Below, one piece after another: positions 63,549 to 64,000 of a stretch of 64,000 nt of DNA. The notes under the pieces are model-generated. The model had not been told where the DNA came from. It saw nothing but the letters and a program-made list of their open reading frames with translations, and did not search any database. The stretch comes from Spirochaetia bacterium (lineage in GTDB: Bacteria; Spirochaetota; Spirochaetia; UBA9216): the NCBI GenBank assembly GCA_963675665.1, contig OY776510.1, forward strand, positions 4,288,001 to 4,352,000, given 5' to 3'. Made by a program: the position numbers and the translations under genes. Numbering within the stretch: the first letter of the stretch is position 1; every line of letters begins with the position of its first letter.

Positions 63549-64000
63549 TTAGATTAATTCATTTTTAATTGTGTAATAAATCAAATCTGCAGAAGACTTC
63601 ATCCGCATTTTGAACAATATTCTGCTGCGGTAAGTCCGCACGGTATTCTCGCTTATGAATAATTTTCTTCCTATCTCCCGGGTTTTTAATCCTTTTCCAA
63701 TAAGTAAAAGTATCTGAAATTCCCTCTCTGATAATTCCTCATGCGGCAAAATTCTTCCCGGGTTCTGCAAATCCCTGGCAAGTTTTTCACTTAATCCTTG
63801 AGAGATATAGACGCCGTCTCTATATATTTTTCTTATTGCATCCAGGATTTTTCTTGAATCGTTTCCCTTGGTTATATAACCGGAAGCTCCTGCTTTTAAA
63901 GCTCTGACTGCATATTGCTTCTCATCATGCATGCTGAGAATCAATACCGGTAAACTCTTGTCAATTTTCTTTACTTCCTTAAGCAAATCCAGACCGGAAT
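63549..64000 (-). CDS. NarL/LuxR-family response regulator (N-terminus outside the window)
   Basis: Frame open to the window end (..SGLDLLKE); LSMH, GASGYITK, HTH LSEREFQIL..ISENTVRTYRSRI. Confidence 0.92.
   Translation of the reverse strand, partial: SGLDLLKEVKKIDKSLPVLILSMHDEKQYAVRALKAGASGYITKGNDSRKILDAIRKIYRDGVYISQGLSEKLARDLQNPGRILPHEELSEREFQILLLIGKGLKTREIGRKLFISENTVRTYRSRILFKMRMKSSADLIYYTIKNELI

Overview
Bacterial chromosome segment, probably from an anaerobic free-living spirochaete (inferred from spirochaete-type PilZ/FapA proteins, a spirochaete-like signal peptide and anaerobic gene content; not verified). No mobile element, CRISPR array or rRNA was seen. In order: a partial ORF and two tandem alpha/beta hydrolases; an operon of two small flippase-like membrane proteins, a GT2, an ATP-grasp ligase and a NitT/TauT ABC importer; tRNA-Phe(GAA); a TM1266-family gene plus a second NitT/TauT importer behind a structured riboswitch-like leader; a yybP-ykoY (Mn2+) riboswitch with a CaCA antiporter; a purine riboswitch with an NCS2 permease; an Rrf2/Crp-Fnr-linked cluster (cytoplasmic SBP-fold protein, HypB/UreG-like GTPase, ABC ATPase without permease, Zn-ribbon protein); a sigma54 locus; a Wsp-like chemosensory operon whose apparent output is an adenylate cyclase; and about 18 kb of one-directional signalling genes including a receptor-less CheR/CheB/kinase module. 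The best candidate for an undescribed system is the sigma54 locus (22.5-32.9 kb). There, a soluble histidine kinase whose input is a fused sugar-ABC-type ATPase domain sits with an NtrC-type activator between two consensus sigma54 promoters. These promoters precede a two-domain DJ-1/PfpI gene and an operon of two Zn polyol-type dehydrogenases, a glycyl radical enzyme with an atypical predicted active site, and its activase. All calls are by eye from motifs; no database searches were run. Several starts are adjusted from the ORF track to the best RBS or overlap-supported codon.
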